Assembly (NCBI GenBank): GCA_045545475.1
Contig: JAZQAZ010000017.1
Location: forward strand, 1 to 64,000
DNA from: Clostridia bacterium
Lineage (GTDB): Bacteria; Bacillota; Clostridia; CAKSNL01; HGM11501
DNA length: 64,000 nucleotides
Reading direction: 5' to 3'
Of this stretch, positions 59,087-64,000 are shown piece after piece. How positions within the stretch are numbered: the first letter of the stretch is position 1; the number at the start of each line of letters is the position of its first letter. The notes under the pieces were generated by a model. The model searched no databases, had not been told where the DNA came from, and saw nothing but the letters and a program-made list of their open reading frames with translations. Made by a program: the position numbers and the translations under genes.

Positions 59087-59915
59087 ATGTACACACAACT
59101 GTGAAACCTGCAATGTGGGTGATTGCGGAGAAAGAACAAAAGAAAGCTTTTTGGAAAAGCCCCACGAGCTTTCCGACATCAAAAAAGTAATAGGTATCGT
59201 AAGCGGTAAGGGCGGCGTAGGTAAAAGTCTTGTTACGGGCTTAATGTCCGTACTTTCAAGAAGAGCAGGCTTTAATACTGCGGTTCTTGACGCCGATATC
59301 ACAGGTCCATCCGTTCCCAAAATGTTCGGAGCGAAGGAAAAAGCCCTTGGTGCAGAAAACGGAATTTATCCCGTTCAGACAAAAACCGGTATAAGACTTA
59401 TGTCCATTAATCTTTTAATGGAAAACGAAACAGATCCTGTTGTATGGCGTGGTCCCGTTATCGCAGGTGCCGTTAAGCAGTTCTGGACAGATGTAATCTG
59501 GGGCGATGTTGACTTTATGTTTGTCGATATGCCTCCGGGAACAGGCGATGTTCCTCTTACGGTTTTCCAGTCCCTTCCTGTTGACGGAATTATCGTAGTA
59601 GCATCTCCCCAGGAGCTTGTAGGAATGATTGTTGAAAAGGCACTTAATATGGCAAAGCTTATGAATATTCCGGTTTTAGGCCTTGTTGAAAATATGAGCT
59701 ATGTGACTTGCCCCGACTGCGGAAAGCAGATAAAGGTATTTGGCGAAAGCCATATTGATGAAATTGCAAAGGCGAAAGATCTTACGGTTCTCGGAAGAAT
59801 TCCATTTGATCCCAAGCTTGCCGCTGCCTGCGATGCAGGTATGCTTGAGCTTTTTGAGGGCGATTGGCTTAAGGATGCAGAAGCTCTCCTTGAAAAGCTC
59901 TGTCCCGAAGAATGA
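59079..59915 (+). CDS. Mrp/NBP35 Fe-S cluster carrier ATPase
   Basis: N-terminal Cys cluster, SGKGGVGKS, DADITGPS, WRGP, DMPPGTGD, ENMS..CPDC. Confidence 0.93.
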   Translation: MSECTHNCETCNVGDCGERTKESFLEKPHELSDIKKVIGIVSGKGGVGKSLVTGLMSVLSRRAGFNTAVLDADITGPSVPKMFGAKEKALGAENGIYPVQTKTGIRLMSINLLMENETDPVVWRGPVIAGAVKQFWTDVIWGDVDFMFVDMPPGTGDVPLTVFQSLPVDGIIVVASPQELVGMIVEKALNMAKLMNIPVLGLVENMSYVTCPDCGKQIKVFGESHIDEIAKAKDLTVLGRIPFDPKLAAACDAGMLELFEGDWLKDAEALLEKLCPEE

Positions 59916-60751
59916 AAAATTATAAAATTGATGAGATAGGCGGAACACTATTAAACCTCAAGGTAAAGAGAAATGCAGGAAAAACCTTTGTACCGCCTCA
60001 TACACATGACTTTGCGGAGATTGTTTATATATACAGCGGAAGCGGTGTCCACGAAATCGGTGATGTAAGCTACAGTGCAAAGGAAGGGGACTTACTTTAT
60101 GTAAATCCCGGAGAAAGGCACGCCTACAGCACCGAGGGAAATATGGATTTTTACGAGGTTTTATTGAAAGGTGAATTCTTCAGCGAAAATGAGGCACTTT
60201 CCGATAACATATTTGCACTTTTTATGCTTACCGCATTTTCCGATTTTGAAAGCGAAATAACGGAAAACGGAAGAAAAGTCAGCTTTCATAAGGAAGAAGG
60301 AATGACAGAGCTTTTCAAATGCCTTGAGAAGGAATATAAAAATGCCGAAGCAGGGTACGAAACAGTAGTGAGAAGTTTAGTTTCCATAATTCTTGTAAAG
60401 CTTTTCAGAAAGCTTTCATTGCACGATGATAAAACCTCGGAAAAGATAAATTCAAAGTTTTCGGAGTATATAAAAAAGCATTCGGGAGAGAGAATTACGC
60501 TGTCAAGCGTGGCAAAGGAGTTTTTGTATAATCCATCCTATTTTTCAAGGATGTTCAAAAATTACTTCGGAATGACCTTTTCAGAATATGTGGGCAGAGA
60601 ACGGATTGAAAAGGCAGGAAAGATGCTTCGTGAAAGCGATATGTCCGTAAGCGAGATTGCGGCAGAGGCTGGCTTTTCCAATATGAATATGTTTTATAAA
60701 AAGTTCAGAGAGTATAAGGGATGCCTTCCTGCCGAGTACAGAAAAAAGTAA
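59912..60751 (+). CDS. AraC-family regulator with cupin sensor domain
   Basis: HTHDF.EI cupin motif; YFSRMFK; GFSN...FYKKFR...G..P.EYR. Confidence 0.92.
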   Translation: MKNYKIDEIGGTLLNLKVKRNAGKTFVPPHTHDFAEIVYIYSGSGVHEIGDVSYSAKEGDLLYVNPGERHAYSTEGNMDFYEVLLKGEFFSENEALSDNIFALFMLTAFSDFESEITENGRKVSFHKEEGMTELFKCLEKEYKNAEAGYETVVRSLVSIILVKLFRKLSLHDDKTSEKINSKFSEYIKKHSGERITLSSVAKEFLYNPSYFSRMFKNYFGMTFSEYVGRERIEKAGKMLRESDMSVSEIAAEAGFSNMNMFYKKFREYKGCLPAEYRKK

Positions 60752-60830
60752 AAATCTGATAGTTAAAAGTAAAAAGATGCTATTTTTTATATAGCATCTT
60801 TTTTGTATAATAAAATTAAGGAGGGATAAT

Positions 60831-62312
60831 ATGTTATACTTAAATAAAGAAGAATTAAGAGATAAAATTTTCGGCTGCTGGATTGGTAAAAATATAGGCG
60901 GAACCATGGGTGCACCGTATGAGGGAAGCAGTGCTATGCAGGATATAGAAGGCTTTAAGTCAGCTAAGGGTGAGCCTCTGCCAAACGATGACCTTGACCT
61001 TCAGCTTATCTGGCTTCGTGCAGTTGAGCAGGAAGGTCCCTGGCACTTATCCGCAACGGTGCTTTCTGAATACTGGCTTCAGTTTATAACACCCCACTGG
61101 AACGAGTACGGCGTAGGTAAAAGCAATTTGACAGCTGGTTTTTTGCCTCCCATGTCGGGCGAGCTTAACAACGAGGTATGGCGTCACTCCAACGGTGCAT
61201 GGATCCGCTCGGAAATATGGGCGTGCCTCGCTCCCGGCTATCCCGAGATTGCCTGCCGTTATGCCTTTATGGATGCATCGGTTGACCACGGAACAAGCGA
61301 AGGAACTAATGCGGAGCTTTTCACCGCCGCACTTCAGAGCCTTGCTTTCAGGGAAAACGATGTAAGAGCGATTATAGATAAGGCTCTTTCTTTTATTTCC
61401 GAGGAGAGCAGGGTTTATAAAAGCGTAAAAAAGGTAATTGAATTATACGATGCAGGTGTTGATTACAGAACTGCCCGTGAGGAAATAGTGAAGATGAACT
61501 CTGACCTTGGCTGGTTTCAGGCACCGTCCAATGTGGCATTTGTATTAATTGGGCTTATCTACGGCGAGGGCGACTTTAAAAAGAGTATGATTTATTCCAT
61601 TAACTGCGGCGACGATACCGACTGCACCGGTGCCACCGTCGGTGCAATTATGGGCATTTTACACGGCGGAAAAAACATTCCTTCCGACTGGAAGGAATAT
61701 ATCGGAGATTCCATAAAAAGCATCTGCATTGCACCTGACGATACAATGGCGGCAACAAGTTGCACAAAGCTTACAGAACGTGTTATGAGAATGATTCCTA
61801 TGGTTTTCAGGGCAAATAATATGGTTATGGAATTTACCGATGGCGAAACAAAGTATGACGATAACATAAAGGGAAGCGCCTGGTGGGATCAGACAAGTGT
61901 TGAAACACACCTTTTCGGACTTCCTGATGTAAGAGAAAAATTCAAGTTTAAACGCTACAGCTTTGAAGCCTTCCACACGGTGCATACCGACGGCTATATC
62001 GAATTTAACGGTAAGCCTGAAATTGCACCCGGTGAAGAAATTGAGCTTACCCTTTATATGAAAAACCTAAAGGTAGATCAGCGTTATGCCTATATCACAC
62101 TTCATCTTCCCGAAGGATGGAGGGCCTCATATGATAGGGCGGCGTTTATCGACAGATACTATAATATAGCTCATCCCGAACTTAAAACAGAATGTAAGAT
62201 AAAGATAGCAGCAGGTGAAAAAGTTCTGCCTAAAAACAGAATCATAATGGATATTGAATTTGAGGGCAAGGCAACAGATGCCTATGCTACGATAAATATA
62301 CTGGGGAAATAA
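60831..62312 (+). CDS. ADP-ribosylglycohydrolase-family protein with C-terminal beta-rich extension
   Basis: GKNIGGTMGAP.EG, PNDDLD, SNGAWIRSE, GDDTDCTGAT. Confidence 0.85.
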   Translation: MLYLNKEELRDKIFGCWIGKNIGGTMGAPYEGSSAMQDIEGFKSAKGEPLPNDDLDLQLIWLRAVEQEGPWHLSATVLSEYWLQFITPHWNEYGVGKSNLTAGFLPPMSGELNNEVWRHSNGAWIRSEIWACLAPGYPEIACRYAFMDASVDHGTSEGTNAELFTAALQSLAFRENDVRAIIDKALSFISEESRVYKSVKKVIELYDAGVDYRTAREEIVKMNSDLGWFQAPSNVAFVLIGLIYGEGDFKKSMIYSINCGDDTDCTGATVGAIMGILHGGKNIPSDWKEYIGDSIKSICIAPDDTMAATSCTKLTERVMRMIPMVFRANNMVMEFTDGETKYDDNIKGSAWWDQTSVETHLFGLPDVREKFKFKRYSFEAFHTVHTDGYIEFNGKPEIAPGEEIELTLYMKNLKVDQRYAYITLHLPEGWRASYDRAAFIDRYYNIAHPELKTECKIKIAAGEKVLPKNRIIMDIEFEGKATDAYATINILGK

Positions 62313-62403
62313 GATATGAGATGTTAAAATACTCCGGACCGCAAAAAGACAGTTTATTTTATATATTCTTACAAAGCTTAGGTATTAAAAGCGTAAAAAA
62401 GCA

Positions 62404-62430
62404 GAAAAATCGCCGTACGGCGATTTTTTT
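62404..62430 (+). terminator. Intrinsic terminator
   Basis: AAAAATCGCCG / CGGCGATTTTT with U tract. Confidence 0.7.
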
Positions 62431-62448
62431 ATTATGAGTCTTTTTGCT

Positions 62449-62537
62449 GCGAACAAACTTCACCACTCGGCGTATCACATACGCCTTCGGGCAGGCGTAA
62501 AAAACTGTAAGCAGTTTTTTACGTTCAGTTTGTCCGT
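62449..62537. repeat. Branched palindromic (REP-like) element
   Basis: Outer GCGAACAAACT / AGTTTGTCCGT stem enclosing GGCGTAT/ATACGCC and CGTAAAAAACTG/CAGTTTTTTACG hairpins. Confidence 0.55.
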
Positions 62538-62562
62538 TCCAAAGCATTTTTCCTATCTCATG

Positions 62563-62598
62563 AAAAAGGGGCTGTAATTATTTCACAGCCCCTTTTTT
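62563..62598. terminator. Bidirectional terminator downstream of the glycyl-radical gene
   Basis: AAAAAGGGGCTGT / ACAGCCCCTTTTT. Confidence 0.8.
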
Positions 62599-62630
62599 GT
62601 TAATTTAGCGCTTACGGCCCGGATGTATGC

Positions 62631-64000
62631 TCAGCTCAATTTCTGTATGGTACGTTGTATCACCATTCTTTTCAGTTCGTCAGACAGATTCTGGAAGTAT
62701 TCTGAATAGCCTCCGACGCGCACAATAAGATTTTTGTGCATTTCGGGATTTTTGTATGCTTCCATCAAGGTTTCCAATGAAGTACATGTAATCTGTATAT
62801 GTATGCCTCCGCCATCCATATATCCTAAAATAAGAGCCTTCAGAGTGGCGTTTTTAAAATCGGGATTTATATTAAAGTTAAGCACGGGGATGCCTAATGC
62901 GGATTTAAGATCGACAGAAGTTACGCTGTTCAGCAAAGCGGTAGGCCCTTCTGTATCTTTTCCGAAAATGGCACCTAAAGAATCGCAAAGCGGAGAGCCT
63001 TTTTCTCTGCCGTCAGGGGTTGCACCTATATTCTTTCCTGCCCCCACCTGCGACATAAACTGAATTGATGCCGGTAAAAATCCTTCGCCTATATATGGCT
63101 TTTTATCATCAAGCATAGAAAATACATCAGAAGAAAGCCTGCTTGTAAAATTGTTGGCATCGGTATTATCGTTGCCGAAGCTCACTTTGTGATTTCTGGC
63201 ATTTCTTAAAAATTCCTTATCGTTTGTCTTAAGCAGTTCGATGAATAACGGCACATCATAAAGCTTTTCCTCAAATATGAAATCGCGGATTACAAGCATT
63301 GAATCTATTACATTTATCATACCGGCAAAGTTTATGATACTCCATTTATACCTTGCTCCGCCATTGTTATATTCCAATCCTAAGTCAATGCAGTCATCAA
63401 TAAGCAGTGTACGCATCGGCAGGGGGTTATATTTTGCGCGCTCTCTTTGTGAACTGTTAATTTCTGCGGTTACGGTTTCGACAACGGATGCCACTTCTTT
63501 AATGTAGCATTCGTAAAATTCTTCAAAGCTTTTTGAATCGGCGAGCTTTTCGTATATAACATTTTCCAGTATTAAAAGCAGATTTATACCGGCGTCAAGT
63601 GATCCTACGTTTGAAAGTCCGGCAAGCATTGACTCGGTACAGCCGCCACCGCAGAATTTTTTTAAATCTTCATCCTTGATAAACGGGAATTTGTTTTTAA
63701 ATCCTTCAATTATTACTTTTTCGTTGTAAAAGGCGGGCTGTCCGTTGTTTGTTCTTACAATTTCAAAAGCCTTGTCCCATATTTCATCAGGAGTGCTGTC
63801 GTTTATGAAAAGCTCTGTCATAGGGCGTCTTTTGCCTTTGGAGGCTTCAAGGCACTGGAGAGTAATCGGATTGTAATCTGTGCCAAGAGCCATCGAATAG
63901 CCGTTATTGACATCTAAATTATCAAACAGGTTTTTTAGTAAATCAACAACACATTCACCGTTGTAATAAGGATATAACCCGGAGGCTAAACAGCCGAGAT
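62631..64000 (-). CDS. Glycyl-radical enzyme (PFL-like family), 5' end outside the window
   Basis: GGGCTE Cys loop, ATPDGR, LIVRVGGYS glycyl motif; frame stays open from 63893 to the window edge (LYPYY). Confidence 0.88.
   Translation of the reverse strand, partial: LGCLASGLYPYYNGECVVDLLKNLFDNLDVNNGYSMALGTDYNPITLQCLEASKGKRRPMTELFINDSTPDEIWDKAFEIVRTNNGQPAFYNEKVIIEGFKNKFPFIKDEDLKKFCGGGCTESMLAGLSNVGSLDAGINLLLILENVIYEKLADSKSFEEFYECYIKEVASVVETVTAEINSSQRERAKYNPLPMRTLLIDDCIDLGLEYNNGGARYKWSIINFAGMINVIDSMLVIRDFIFEEKLYDVPLFIELLKTNDKEFLRNARNHKVSFGNDNTDANNFTSRLSSDVFSMLDDKKPYIGEGFLPASIQFMSQVGAGKNIGATPDGREKGSPLCDSLGAIFGKDTEGPTALLNSVTSVDLKSALGIPVLNFNINPDFKNATLKALILGYMDGGGIHIQITCTSLETLMEAYKNPEMHKNLIVRVGGYSEYFQNLSDELKRMVIQRTIQKLS

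Overview
Chromosomal window from a low-GC, spore-forming Clostridia-like bacterium; the lineage is inferred from sleB, the CD1247-like gene, rpsD inside the alpha operon and sigmaA-type promoters. Core content: thrR-hom-thrB-aspartokinase operon, divergent mscL/mscS, an amino-acid ABC transporter with a YerC/HisR repressor, an EF-G paralog, rpsF-ssb-rpsR, aminopeptidase P-efp, and the complete S10-spc-alpha cluster (rpsJ to rplQ). Accessory content: two large secreted surface proteins, a glycoside hydrolase expansion (four GH39-like, two GH36-like, GH35, GH43), a nitrilase-GDPD fusion, an internally deleted M20 amidohydrolase, an ADP-ribosylglycohydrolase and a partial glycyl-radical enzyme. 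I saw no tRNA, rRNA, CRISPR array, transposase or phage genes. The least explained part is the intergenic interval at 26.2-26.95 kb. It holds a promoter-to-terminator, ~435-nt, purine-rich, extensively base-paired candidate non-coding RNA with recurrent AAGAA motifs, back-to-back with a ~150-nt candidate sRNA. Other oddities are a 93-bp structured tandem repeat after efp, a perfect 34-bp palindrome that gives two convergent genes the same C-terminus, and a ~350-nt structured S10 leader. All calls are by eye; no database searches or folding programs were run.
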